Shown one piece after another: positions 13,141-25,296 of a DNA stretch of 64,000 nt. Both the position numbers and the translations under genes were made by a program. This DNA comes from a virus. The notes below the pieces were generated by a model that saw only the letters and a list, made by a program, of their open reading frames with translations, ran no database searches and was not told the DNA's origin. Numbering within the stretch: the first letter of the stretch is position 1; the number at the start of each line of letters is the position of its first letter. The DNA lies in IMG/VR virus record IMGVR_UViG_3300024999_000038, positions 86,269 to 150,268 of that record. The stretch is one strand, 5' to 3'.

Positions 13141-15389
13141 ACATAATATGGCATAAATGACGTAATTGAATGTAATTTAAGGAGGAGGAAAATACATGAA
13201 AGACAAACTATTAAACACATTCTCAACTGAAAGTAATGGAGAAATCATTAGAATCAATATTCTAGAAACAGACAAAGGTATTGTCTTTGATATTGTCGGT
13301 AAGTCAATGGATGTTTTTATTAATGGAGAAGAATTTTACAGCAAATATGATAAGGAAGAATACAAATATATTCCATCTCATTTAAGAAGTTTTGTTGAAG
13401 AAAATATATGTTCTTGTGGAGACGGTTTAGTAAAAGAGGGATCTGAAGTTCAGTGTGATCTATTATTAGAAGGAAAAGAGTATTTCTTAAAGATTCCAAC
13501 CAAAAAAGCAAAGAAAAATACTTTGACATTAACTGATTGGCTCATTAATTATGAAATGTTAGTAGATGATGGTAAGATTACAGATAAGGAAAAAGAGAAG
13601 TTAAAATATAAAGAATTTTTAGATTTAGTAAAAGGTTTTGGATATGAAATGAAAGTTAGTCATGGTGGTAACGATTATGATAACTGGTATAATTTAGTAA
13701 TTCCCATTAATGATTTTGATTTAGACAAAATTAAGAAATGTTTGAAATTGTGGCAAGAATATAACCAATATTTAATTGACAACTATTTAGATGGGAAGTA
13801 TTAGAGAAGGGAGATTTGGATGATGGATGTTCCAAAAATGTCTAAGAAAGAATTAGAAGAGTTAAGTAAATTGGTTGAATTGCAAAAACAACTATTGAAA
13901 GATGAAGAAGTAAACAAATTAAAAGAGAAAGCAAAAGTAAAAATTGAAAAACTCAGAGAACAAAAAGATTTGATCCTTAGTTTAATTGATCATAGCAGAA
14001 CTTCTTGTAGTGATTCAAATGTTTGTAATGGATATGACTCTGCTGATTATGGTGCTAGGTGTACGAAATGTCATTTGATTGAATTATTTGATCAAGAATG
14101 GTCTGATGGTGAGTGGGAAATTGATTTTCATGTTACAATAACTAAGGTGCAATAATCCTTCGAATCGTGAATTTTCTGGGAAAGGGAGTGAAAAAATGTT
14201 AAGAGGTTGTGAATTAGATCATCTTAATAAGAATAATTATGTTTATATCGGAGGAAGTTATGACGGTTTTGTATGTGTTGCAAAAGAATTGTGGTATGCT
14301 TTATTAAATAGTGAAGAAAATCAAAAATTAATCAAATCAATGAAAAACAAAGCCGAGTAAAATTAAGTTTTAATTGAAAGGGAGTAGTACATATGAATTT
14401 ATTAGGTGTAACTGTAAATATTTCTGCTGAAAAATTGAGAGTAGAGATATCTAGGAATGAAATCATTAAAGAAACTGACAAATCATTTAAAATGAAGAAT
14501 ACTAATGATTTGCTTTTTAGATGTTTAACTCTCATACCAAAAGATATTATTGGCAAGATTCAAAAAGGACATTACGGCGATCATGTTAACAGTTTTGAAA
14601 GAACTGTATGGGTTATAGAGAATGACAACGTAACCGAACAATCTTTGATAGAAAGACTTAAAGGAGAAATAAGAAAAGAGTTGGATATTAGGAAAAATCA
14701 TCTTGACAAAATGATAAGCAATATCAACAAAGAAATGGAGGATTAAATATGCAAGTAGGGGACAATATTTATCTAAAACCAACCAACAACGCAGCTAGAC
14801 GAACTTCTGAAATTAGAGAATGGAAAATCAAATCTGTTGGAAGAAAATATTTTGAAGCATGGGATGGAGAACGGGATCATTCTGCTATGAAGTTTTATAT
14901 TGAAGGTTTTAAACAAGTTACAAAATATTCTCCAGATTGGGTTGTATACTTTTCTAAACAAGAAATCTTAGATGAAAATGAATTTTATAAACTCTTTAAT
15001 GATATCAGAATATTTTTTGGAGGTTATAGCAAACCGAAATTAACATTAGAACAATTAAGGAATATTAAAAAGATCATTGATAGCGAATGAAATTATTCAT
15101 TTATGGTACTAGAAAGGATTGATAAAATTGTACAAACCAATTCCATTTATACAATTTTTTAAAACAAAAAGAGTTATAGAAATTGCTGATTTGATAGTTA
15201 CTAAAATTGAATCGTCTGAACAATATTATATTCATAAATTTAGATATAGTAATTATTATAGAATTGGAGATATTATTAGTAAAAAGGAATTTGAAGTTAT
15301 TTTATCTAAGGCTAAGAATCCAATTGTATTAAGTGATATTTACATTGATTTAGAACTGAAATAGTTTTCGTATAATTCAAATATAATTA

Positions 15390-15418
15390 TTGTATTCTAT
15401 CTAACAACATGATACAAT
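15390..15418 (+). promoter_or_regulatory. sigmaA-like promoter for uvsE
   Basis: TTGTAT-17 bp-TACAAT with extended TG. Confidence 0.55.
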
Positions 15419-15451
15419 AATTATATTAAGGTTATTAGGAGGAATACATAA

Positions 15452-16333
15452 ATGATCAGACATGTCGGATTCGCCTGTATGAGTAAAAAGTGTAACACTA
15501 AATATCAAACATTCCGATTAGCATCATTCAGTGAATACAGGTCGCGTCAAGCAATTGCTCACAATCTAAAAGAAACTGAGCGTACAATTCAACATTGTAT
15601 TTCAGAAGGAATTAAATTATTCAGAATAAGTTCTGATTTAGTTCCATTTGCTACACATGAAATCATGAAAGATATTGATTATATTTCTTGGATTGAATCT
15701 GATTTAAAAAGGATTGGTGATATAGCAAGAAATAATAATATGCTATTATCTATGCATCCATCTCAAATGTGTTGTATAAACAGTCCAAAACAAGAAGTTG
15801 TAAATAATTCTATCAAAGATTTAATGTATCATTATGATATTCTTAATACTATGGGCCTTACTGATTTTAATATTATCATTCATGTTGGTGGAGTTTATGG
15901 TAATAAATTAGAAGCAAAGAAGAGATTTGTTAGTGTATTTAATAGTTTGCCTGTTGATTTAAGAAATCATATCTTGCTTGAGAATGATGACAAAAGTTAT
16001 ACTGTTAATGATATAATGGAAATACACAAAGAAACTGGAGTTAGACTAGTGCTAGATTTTCACCACAATGTTTGTAATAATGATGGGACAGAATTAGATT
16101 TAGAAGCTGTATTTGCCACTTGTGGGGTTGGTAAAGTACCTAAGATACATCTTAGTTCACCTAAGAGTATTAAAGAGTTCAGAAGTCATTCTGACATGAT
16201 TGATTATGAATATTGTAGAGAGTTCTTTGAGAAGTATAAGGGATTAGAATTTGATGTTATGATTGAGGCTAAGGATAAGGATTTAGCTGTAGAGAAGTTT
16301 ATTGAGGATTATAGGAGGGAGATGAGATTATGA
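15452..16333 (+). CDS. uvsE: UV DNA damage endonuclease (UvsE/UvdE)
   Basis: GFAC, LFRISSDLVPFATH, SMHPSQ, IIHVGG, LENDDK, LDFHH, PKIHLSS, HSDMI, MIEAKDKDLA. Confidence 0.95.
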   Translation: MIRHVGFACMSKKCNTKYQTFRLASFSEYRSRQAIAHNLKETERTIQHCISEGIKLFRISSDLVPFATHEIMKDIDYISWIESDLKRIGDIARNNNMLLSMHPSQMCCINSPKQEVVNNSIKDLMYHYDILNTMGLTDFNIIIHVGGVYGNKLEAKKRFVSVFNSLPVDLRNHILLENDDKSYTVNDIMEIHKETGVRLVLDFHHNVCNNDGTELDLEAVFATCGVGKVPKIHLSSPKSIKEFRSHSDMIDYEYCREFFEKYKGLEFDVMIEAKDKDLAVEKFIEDYRREMRL

Positions 16334-17106
16334 TTATTAGTTTTGATAAAATAGTAGAAAGATTTATATCTGCACAAGGAATAAGAGCAGTTGTATTAAA
16401 AACTGAATTTATTAATGAAAGTGAATGCGAAATATCTTTACGTGGAGGATTTTCAACAAATGTAAAAGTAATTGAAGACAAATTGTATAAAGATGATATG
16501 TTATATTGCAGAGTTGAAGATTTGTTTTTATTCGGTTAAACAGTCCCAGAAAAGTGTGGTTTTAAGCTAAGTGAGAAAGGAGTAATTTTATGCAAAAGGA
16601 AATGGATTATTCTGTTTGGGTAACTTTAGATAATAAGCGTTTAAAGATATCTGAAATGACCACAGATCATATTAAGAACTGTATTAAAATGATTAAACGT
16701 AGTAAATTTTTAGATGTTATGGAGCGTTATGATACAGTTCCAGAACCACCTCCAAGATATGTAGTTGACTATGATAAATATAAACCATATTTAAAAACTT
16801 TTAAGAATGAATTAGAAATACGTTGAAAGTGTAAATATAATTGTTTAGGAGGGTTTTTATGGATATAAATGTATTTAATATCAAATGTACTAAATGCAAT
16901 CAAGGAGTATTCATAGGTAAAGCATTCGAAGAAAAATGTGATCATTGCGGAGAAAACATTTCGGATGAACTCATCGTTGCTTGTTTGGAAAATGTAAGCG
17001 AAGAATTAAAGAAATAGTGTTTACCATGAACATCTAGTTTTATCTTGAGAGTTTTAAAATAGCTGTTGTCTTGGATATAATTTATTTCTAAAGAGGAGTG
17101 GCAAAA

Positions 17107-17292
17107 ATGGAATTGAAATGTGGAGATGTTGTTCAATTAAAAAGTGGTGGGCCAGTAATGACTGTTGTAGAAGTAGCTAAATTTAGAAGTTATAGTGATG
17201 GTGAACAAGCAAAATGCACATGGTTCGATAAAACTGGGATTAAGAAATTTGATGATTTATTTGAACTGGAGACACTTGAAATTGTAGGTTAA
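17107..17292 (+). CDS. YodC/DUF2158 family protein
   Basis: GDVVQLKSGGPVMTV and CTWFD signature. Confidence 0.8.
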   Translation: MELKCGDVVQLKSGGPVMTVVEVAKFRSYSDGEQAKCTWFDKTGIKKFDDLFELETLEIVG

Positions 17293-17376
17293 TTAGTTGT
17301 AGGAAATGAATTCTAAGGCAACAGTTATTTTAAAACTCTTAAATTTTTAATTAGAGAAGAAAGAGGGAAATTTATT

Positions 17377-17892
17377 ATGAAATCAACAGGTATTATTAGG
17401 AGAATAGATGACTTAGGAAGGGTAGTAATTCTTAAAGAAATTAGACGAACTTTAAGGATTCATGAAGGAGATCCAATGGAATTATGTGTGCATGAAGGTG
17501 GAGTATTTTTAAAGAAGTATTCTGCATTAGGTGAAATGATAGATTATGCTCAAAACTTTGCTGATACATTATTTGAACAAACTGGCCATATTGCTTTAAT
17601 TTGTGATAGCGATGTTGTAATTGCTGTATCTGGAACGTCAAAAAGAGATTTTTTAAATAAACCAATTTGGAATTTAGCATCTAAAGCAATGGAAGAAAGA
17701 TTAACATTAACTGGCCTTAAAGATGGAATACAAGAAGAATTTGAATATGAAAATCAAATTGTTACACCAGTAATTTGTGAAGGTGATGTAGTAGGAGCAA
17801 TAGGGTTAGTAGCGAAAGAAGAAGTTGGAATTGTAGAACAAAAACTAGTTCAATCTGTTGCAAGATTTTTAGCGAAACAAATGGGACAATAA
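17377..17892 (+). CDS. spoVT: SpoVT-like transcription factor (AbrB DNA-binding domain plus GAF domain)
   Basis: MKSTGIIRRIDDLGRVVILKEIRRTLRIHEGDPME, LKKYS, LICDSDVVIAVSG, PVICEGDVVGAI, ARFLAKQM; 171 aa. Confidence 0.9.
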   Translation: MKSTGIIRRIDDLGRVVILKEIRRTLRIHEGDPMELCVHEGGVFLKKYSALGEMIDYAQNFADTLFEQTGHIALICDSDVVIAVSGTSKRDFLNKPIWNLASKAMEERLTLTGLKDGIQEEFEYENQIVTPVICEGDVVGAIGLVAKEEVGIVEQKLVQSVARFLAKQMGQ

Positions 17893-20402
17893 AGGAGTAG
17901 TAAATATGAAATGTGAATTCGGATTATGTGCATTTGAAAGCACTGGATCTTGTTTAGTTGTAGAATCATGTAAACAATGTGATTATGGTAAACTTGTTTT
18001 TAAAAGTTTACCATTACAAGTTGTTAAAACTGATAAATCAAGTCAAGTTTGTCAAGTTTGCAATGTAAATGTTAACAGTAATTATTGCTCTAATTGTGGG
18101 CAAAAGTTAAAATACTAAACACTCAAAACGAGGATTTTAAGCTATTAAAGGAGGGATAATTAAATGAAAATTATTACTAAGAGCAACTACGACGATGAAA
18201 GGCTTAGTGAATATGTTGTCGCCGAAGGACTCAATCAGTATTATGGTAAACTAATTTATGACTTTTTACTTAATAGTACAGATAAACGTGATAGTAGTAT
18301 CTTTGAATTGGTTGAAGATAATTATATATTGTATGAATTCGAACCGTGAAAAGGAGAGGCATTATGAATAAAAACCAAAAGATATTATTAAAGGCACTAG
18401 AAACAATAACTAATTCGGTGTTATTTTTAGAAGATGCTCAAAATATTATTGAGAAAATAACTAAAGAAGAAGTTTCAGAGGTAATTGCTAAATTTTCAAA
18501 CAAGATTATACCTTTTGACGAAGATAGTCTTTATCAAGATTCTTATAATTTTCAAGGGTATGCAGATAGTATAATTGGTGGCGTAGTGAATAAGATTGGT
18601 GAAAATTAATATACTTTAAATCTAAGAATCTATCGGGTTAGGAGTTGAAATATGTTTATTATAGAAGGTAAGTCTGGCAAATCTAGAATATTAGAAACAG
18701 CAGTTAATGAATTACCAGAAGGTAATTGTATTGTTATAGATTCTGTGGGTGTTCCTATAGACTGGAATAGGACTATTTTTGCTTTCGATTTTAGAAGTAT
18801 GTCTCACGATTCTATTATTAATTGGTTAAAAGTGTCTTTGGGAAAATATATAAATGAGGAAGAAACACTAGTATTGGAAGTAAATTGTCCAAAAGATAAA
18901 TTAAATGATTATTTAGAACTGGAGAATATTTTAGGTTTCCAAAGATATATGATTACTGTACAAAATAATGAAATTGATGATATTTTACAATATAATGTAA
19001 TTTTGTAATCCAAGGAAACTTTGATTTTAATTGAGAAAGGAAGATAAGCTAATGAGTAAGATCAAAATTATGACCGATAATGTTGAAAGTTTTCAAAAAT
19101 GTTCAGAGATTATAAAAGTATTCAAAGAGAGTTTCAAAAGTTCAATTAAGTATATTGAGGATAATGGGTTATATATTAGAATTCATGTCGATGTGAATAA
19201 TCTTTCAGATCAACTTTGTCTACCTGAAAATTATAAGCATAGCACTTCGATTAAAATTGAATCAGAAAGCAAAATGAGTGTATCATTAAATGGTCATTTG
19301 TTGATTGAGGAAAAAGATTATCATATTGTAATTGAAGCAACGGCATATAAGAATTTGGAAATATGTTAGCGTATAAAGAGGAGAATCTATAATGCCAAGA
19401 AAATACGATGTAAATAATATCAATCTACAAATAGACAATATAGATTTTTGGTCTGCTCATACTGGTAATAAGGGTGGAATGAGAATCTATTGGAGTGCTG
19501 ATATTGGATATGGTCAACTTGATATTGTTAAACGTAGTGGTAATGATGGTGAGGGTAGAGATATTCTAGAAGGAGCATTAGAAGAGGAATTAGTATTAAT
19601 TGTAGATACTGAACGAATGGATCATGAAGATGATAAAGAATTTACGAGTAAGATTATGAGTTTGTTGGTTGAGATGTTGAAAGTTACTGGGTAAATGATT
19701 GTTTATTGTTAATTTTAGTTCATTATTTGCATTAAATCTTAATAATTACATCTAATTAAACAATATATTATTTAAAAATAAATATTTAAAGGAGATTGTA
19801 ATATGTATTATGTTTACACAATTTGTATGAAAAATGGAAAAGAATACAAAACCGAAGTCAAACAAAATCTTAATGAATTAATAAATCAACTTATGCCACA
19901 ATCTTTAAATGAAATTAAAATATTTAATTGTAATTTATTTAATGGAGAAGGCAGAAGCGTAGCAATAATCGGGAGTGAAGTATCAAGCATTGAATATCTT
20001 GTTACAAAAGAATCTGTTCTTGCAAGTATGTAAATAATTATTTGTTTTACTATACATTACATGCTATAATGAATACAGAAATAAATATTTAGGAGTGATG
20101 ATACATAAATGACATCAGGTGATGGAATAAGAAGTTGTATACATAGGCATTCATTATCTACAAGTTTTAAGATTATTCCTGAAGGTGAAAGAAAAATTAA
20201 TTATGCTCCAAATATAAAATATGAGTGTCCTGTCTGCGGTGGACATAATGTAAATAAATTACCAAGTAATTTTCTATATTGTTTAGACTGTGGCTGTGAA
20301 ATTGATCAGAGTGGGAAGGCATATACGATTCAATGGGATGGTACTTTGACTGATTATTATGTTAATGAATTTGAGAATTGTGGATAAGGAGAGATTACAT
20401 AA

Positions 20403-21086
20403 ATGATTTTTATCACTGGTGATCGTCATGGATCAAAAGGAATGTCAAGATTAAATTCAGATAATTTTCCAATCAACAAAGAATTAACAAAAGATGATTA
20501 TGTAATTGTTACAGGTGATTTTGGTGTAGTTTGGAATGGTGATAAAGAAGACAAATATTGGTTAAATTGGTTACATGAAAAGAACTTTACAATTTTGTTT
20601 TGCGATGGAAATCATGATGGTCATGATATATTAGATAATCTTCCAGTTTCAGAATGGAATGGCGGTAAAGTACATTTTGTCAATGATAGTGTAATTCATT
20701 TAATGAGGGGTCAGGTCTTCAATATCAATGGCAAAAAGATATTTACTTTTGGTGGAGCTGATTCAATTGATAAAGCAGATCGTAAAAGAGGAATTGATTG
20801 GTGGGAACGTGAGATGCCATCTACTTCCGAATATGAGGATGGTTTAGACAATTTAGACAAGTGTGATTGGAAAGTTGATATTATTGTTTCGCACGACTGT
20901 TCAACAAGAATTTTTGAAAAATTAATGGCTGGATTATACGTAAAGAGTTTAACTTCAATTAACAAGTATTTTGAGGTCTTAGAAGAGAGATTAGATTATA
21001 AGCAATGGTATTTTGGACATTATCATGAAGACAAATGGATTGATGATAAACATAGGTTAATTTATAATGATATTATAATGTTATAA
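20403..21086 (+). CDS. Metallophosphoesterase
   Basis: ITGDRHG, GDFG, DGNHD, FGGADSID, SHDC, WYFGHYH. Confidence 0.9.
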   Translation: MIFITGDRHGSKGMSRLNSDNFPINKELTKDDYVIVTGDFGVVWNGDKEDKYWLNWLHEKNFTILFCDGNHDGHDILDNLPVSEWNGGKVHFVNDSVIHLMRGQVFNINGKKIFTFGGADSIDKADRKRGIDWWEREMPSTSEYEDGLDNLDKCDWKVDIIVSHDCSTRIFEKLMAGLYVKSLTSINKYFEVLEERLDYKQWYFGHYHEDKWIDDKHRLIYNDIIML

Positions 21087-21421
21087 GAAAGATGAGGGAG
21101 GAATTTTAATGTATTTTATTACTGGAATTGAGAAACTAGATAAAGATTATGGTATTAAAGGAAGTAGATGTTTCGGTTACAAGAAAACATTTGAAGAAGC
21201 AGATTTGGCGGTAAAAGAAAATCATTGTGACATCAATGAAACAATTTATGATTATGCTGTGATTGAGTTGATTGAAGATGGAATACATCAGATTTGTTGG
21301 AATGATAAGAGATGGTTTTATAAGTTTGATTATGATAAGGGTATTTATGAGGCGATTGATGAGCCGGAAGAGGTTAAGGGATTGTGTAATTTTAGTATTG
21401 GGTAGAATGTAAAAATAAAAC

Positions 21422-21450
21422 TTGACTTAAATTGATAAATAATATATACT
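21422..21450 (+). promoter_or_regulatory. Strong sigmaA-like promoter
   Basis: TTGACT-17 bp-TATACT. Confidence 0.7.
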
Positions 21451-21597
21451 GAACACAAGGTAAATCAAAAAATACATAAGTTAAATATTAAAGGATGTGA
21501 AAATAAATGTGGGTAAGAGGTCATACATAACTAAGCAAATTTATTTCAATTACTAATCACATTGAATCATAAAATAAATATATTGGAGGAATTAAAA

Positions 21598-23706
21598 ATG
21601 GATTTTAAAGAATTTAAAGCACTGCAACAAAAACACGTTTCCGAAATGTTAAAAAATGCTACTCACTTATTTGAGGTTGGTTTAAACAAAGATGCTTTAT
21701 ATGACCTGTATTTATCGAGTTTCCCACCAGGAACGAATGAAATGTTTAGAAATAGAAGAGAATTTGATTGTGGTTGTTGTAGACAATTCATTAAAAATAT
21801 TGGAAATGCAGTTATTACCAAAGACAACAAAATTACAACTATTTGGGACTTTGAAACAAATGATTCAACATTTCAACCAGTAATTAATGCTCTATCAAAA
21901 TACATTAAATCTCAAGTTGTTTCAGATATTTATGTCACTAAGTTTAAAAAGATTGGAACTGATAAGAATTTTGAAAAAGGTGTAAACGGAGGAATAACTG
22001 AATGGCAACACTTTTTTCTTGAACTGCCTAGTAAATTTGTTGATACAAGTGGAAAATCAGAAGGAGATATCAAAGGTGGTTATAGGGATACAAGAAATGT
22101 ATTCAAAAGATCATTAGATGAAATTACTGAAGAAAGTTTACTTACTGTATTAGAGCTTATTTCTCAGAACAGTTTATATAAAGGAGAAGAATGGAAAGCA
22201 GTATTAAATGAGTTTCTTAAATATAAGAAAGCATATGATAAACTCAAAACTAATAAAGCAAAAGAAATTTATGCTTGGGAGCAATCTGTAAAAGTTGGTG
22301 GTTCTATCGGAAGAATTAAAAACCATTCAATTGGAACATTGCTTATCAATATCAGCGAAGGAATGGATTTAGATTTGGCAGTTAAGAAATATGAAGCGAT
22401 TGTGGCTCCGTTGAACTATAAGCGTCCAAAGGCTATATTCACCAAGAAAATGCTAGAAGATGCTAAGAAAACAATTCAAGAATTAGGATATATGGATTCA
22501 TTAAATCGTAGATTTGCTACACTTGATGATATTACTGTGAACAATATCTTATTCTCAAATAAAGATTCTGCCAAAAGAATAAATGGTTTAGATATTTTTG
22601 ATGAAATGACTAGCAATATTCCTGTTAATCCTAAAAAATTCTCTAAGGTTGAAGAAGTTTCTATTGATAATTTTATCAAGGATATTTTACCTACAGCAAA
22701 AGAATTAGAGGTATTTCTAGAGAATAAACATGCGAGCAATATGGTATCTTTAATCGCTCCTGAGAATAAGGATTCAAAAACAATGTTTAAGTGGGATAAT
22801 TGTTTCAGTTGGGCATACTCAGGAAATATCACAGATTCAGACTTGACAGAAAGAGTAAAAGCTGCAGGAGGAAGAGTTGATGGTGTTTTAAGATTTTCTC
22901 ACAGTTGGAATTACGATGGTATGAGAAATGGTTCATTAATGGATTTACACGTATTTATGCCAGGATCAAGTCAATCAGTAACTATGAAAAGTGGTAAAGA
23001 AATACATGATAATTATGGCAATGATAAAAGAGTCGGTTGGAATCATAGAAATAATTATGAGTCTGGAGGTGTTCAAGATGTAGATTATGTAAATATTGCT
23101 CCAGTTGGATATATTCCAGTAGAAAATATTACTTTTCCATTAATAGATAGACTAAAGGAAGGAATCTATATATTTAAAATTCATAATTGGAGTTTAAGAC
23201 AACCTACAACGGGTGGATTTAAAGCGGAAATAGCATTTGGTGGACAAGTGTATAAATTTGAAAGAAAAGAACCACTGGGGCATAAAGAATGGATTACTTT
23301 AGCAAAATTAGAACTTAAAAATGGAGAATTTAAAATATTGGAAATGATGGAAAATGACACAGTACCAATCGAAGTTTGGGGAATTAAAACCCATCAATTT
23401 ATTCCGGTTTCAGTTGTTTGTAATTCTCCTAATTATTGGAATGAGCAACAAGGCATTGGACACAAACATTATATGTTCATGTTAAAGAATTGTATCAATT
23501 CAGAATTGCCAAATGGATTCTTCAATGAGTTCTTAAAACAAGATTTAGTTCAACATAAAAAAGTATTTGAGGCATTAGGTGCAAAAATGGCGGTTAAAGA
23601 TGTTAATGACCAACTTAGTGGAGTTGCATTCAGTTCAACCAAGAGAAACGAATTGTTAGTTAAAGTTAAAGGGCAAACAGAAAGAGTAGTCAAAATTAAA
23701 TTCTAA
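21598..23706 (+). CDS. Large phage protein of unknown function with an internal YfaP/DUF2135-like segment
   Basis: About 702 aa from the RBS-supported ATG 21598; N-terminal CGCC; LRFSHSWN..MDLHV..QDVD..PVENITF segment. Confidence 0.55.
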   Translation: MDFKEFKALQQKHVSEMLKNATHLFEVGLNKDALYDLYLSSFPPGTNEMFRNRREFDCGCCRQFIKNIGNAVITKDNKITTIWDFETNDSTFQPVINALSKYIKSQVVSDIYVTKFKKIGTDKNFEKGVNGGITEWQHFFLELPSKFVDTSGKSEGDIKGGYRDTRNVFKRSLDEITEESLLTVLELISQNSLYKGEEWKAVLNEFLKYKKAYDKLKTNKAKEIYAWEQSVKVGGSIGRIKNHSIGTLLINISEGMDLDLAVKKYEAIVAPLNYKRPKAIFTKKMLEDAKKTIQELGYMDSLNRRFATLDDITVNNILFSNKDSAKRINGLDIFDEMTSNIPVNPKKFSKVEEVSIDNFIKDILPTAKELEVFLENKHASNMVSLIAPENKDSKTMFKWDNCFSWAYSGNITDSDLTERVKAAGGRVDGVLRFSHSWNYDGMRNGSLMDLHVFMPGSSQSVTMKSGKEIHDNYGNDKRVGWNHRNNYESGGVQDVDYVNIAPVGYIPVENITFPLIDRLKEGIYIFKIHNWSLRQPTTGGFKAEIAFGGQVYKFERKEPLGHKEWITLAKLELKNGEFKILEMMENDTVPIEVWGIKTHQFIPVSVVCNSPNYWNEQQGIGHKHYMFMLKNCINSELPNGFFNEFLKQDLVQHKKVFEALGAKMAVKDVNDQLSGVAFSSTKRNELLVKVKGQTERVVKIKF

Positions 23707-23744
23707 AAATAAAATATTAAAATTAAGAAGGAGCGTGTATTATT

Positions 23745-24143
23745 ATGACAAATGCAAATACTGTAAACATTTTTGAGGTTGCCAATAGAAATATGTATCG
23801 CTTCCCATTTAAGGGAACGAGCAATGTTGAAGATATGTGGCAAATTAGTGTAAAAGAATTGGATTCTGTTTTCAAGGTTCTTAATTCTCAATTGAAACAA
23901 GTGCAAGAGGAAAGTCTTCTAGATGTAAGAACTCAACAAGATCAAGAATTAGATATTAAAATCGCTATCATCAAACATATTGTAAAAGTTAAGCAAGAAG
24001 AGGCAGAAAAACAATTGCAAGCAAAAAGTGTAAAAGAGCAAAAGCAAAAACTTATGGAAATTTACGCATCTAAAAAAGATGAAGATTTGCTGAAAAAGTC
24101 ACCAGAAGAAATTAAAGCAATGATTGATGCGTTGGATAGTTAG
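23745..24143 (+). CDS. Coiled-coil phage protein, probable partner of the upstream gene
   Basis: RFPFKG..VEDMW N-terminus and helical C-terminus; strong RBS. Confidence 0.6.
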   Translation: MTNANTVNIFEVANRNMYRFPFKGTSNVEDMWQISVKELDSVFKVLNSQLKQVQEESLLDVRTQQDQELDIKIAIIKHIVKVKQEEAEKQLQAKSVKEQKQKLMEIYASKKDEDLLKKSPEEIKAMIDALDS

Positions 24144-24160
24144 GGTTAGATTAGTTAAAA

Positions 24161-24198
24161 TCAAATAAGTAGGGAGTTAATTCTCTCTACTTATTTGA
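24161..24198 (+). terminator. Long hairpin with TTAATT loop
   Basis: TCAAATAAGTAGGGAG-TTAATT-CTCTCTACTTATTTGA. Confidence 0.7.
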
Positions 24199-24258
24199 AA
24201 AAATTAAAATACATAAAAAATTCATTAATTTGGTTTAAATAATATATAAAAAAGGAGT

Positions 24259-25296
24259 ATGGGAAGATTGCCGGGTAAAAGAAAATTTCTAACAGGTCAA
24301 GTATTTGGACATTTAAAAGTTTTAAAAGAAGTCCATTCTGAAAAATATGGAAAAGCATGGTTAGTTGAGTGTGATTGCGTTAATAAAACTCAACAAGAGG
24401 TAGATACTACGAGATTAACTAGTGGTATAAAACAACATTGTGGTTGTCTAAAAGTATATAAAAAGCGAAGCGAAATTAAATTGCCTTCAGAATATATAAA
24501 TAAAACTAAAATATGTAATCAATGTGGAATAGAAAAAGTATATGGGGATTTTTATTCAACGGAATATATAAATTCAGAGAATATACAAATATATAAATTT
24601 GATTCAAGATGTACAGAATGTGTTAAGGAAAATTCTAAGAATAGAATATTAAATAATCGTGAAGATCATTTAAAAGCATTGAAAATAAACAATGCCAGAG
24701 AAGAAACTAAAGAAAAAGTTAGAATATGTGGTAAAAGATATAGAAGTGGTGAAAAATATGTGGCATGGAAAGATAAGAACGCATATAGATTTAAGATTTA
24801 TAGTGACAAGCACAGAGTTCACGACATTACAGAGGAAGAGTGGAGAGGATGTTTAATTGCATTTAATAACACCTGTGCATACTGTGGACTGCCAATTGAA
24901 GAACATATTATAAAACGAAATGGCAAATACATAATTATGAAATTTCACAAAGAACATGTAGACGATAAGGGTTATAATGATTTAAGGAACGGAGTACCAT
25001 CTTGTAGATCGTGTAATAGTAGCAAACACACTTCTAGTTTAGAAGAATGGTATTTTAAACAAAAATTCTTTTCTATGGATAGATATATCAAAATACTGTG
25101 GTGGACGAACGAAGAATATAAAGATTATATTGAAGAAAAACCACCATATAGAATTGTTAAGAAAAAGAACGATGACAATAATAAATTTCATCATGAACTT
25201 TGGTCGGTTGACGAAATGAGAAATTTTATTGAAATTATAACCACAGGAATAAAGAAAGAAGATATTAACATTTATATTGCTAATAATAATTTGTAG
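24259..25296 (+). CDS. HNH homing endonuclease
   Basis: GQVFGHLKVL/WLVECDC N-terminus, CNQC..CTEC finger, CAYCG...EHVD...N.VPSCRSCNSSK HNH core. Confidence 0.85.
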   Translation: MGRLPGKRKFLTGQVFGHLKVLKEVHSEKYGKAWLVECDCVNKTQQEVDTTRLTSGIKQHCGCLKVYKKRSEIKLPSEYINKTKICNQCGIEKVYGDFYSTEYINSENIQIYKFDSRCTECVKENSKNRILNNREDHLKALKINNAREETKEKVRICGKRYRSGEKYVAWKDKNAYRFKIYSDKHRVHDITEEEWRGCLIAFNNTCAYCGLPIEEHIIKRNGKYIIMKFHKEHVDDKGYNDLRNGVPSCRSCNSSKHTSSLEEWYFKQKFFSMDRYIKILWWTNEEYKDYIEEKPPYRIVKKKNDDNNKFHHELWSVDEMRNFIEIITTGIKKEDINIYIANNNL

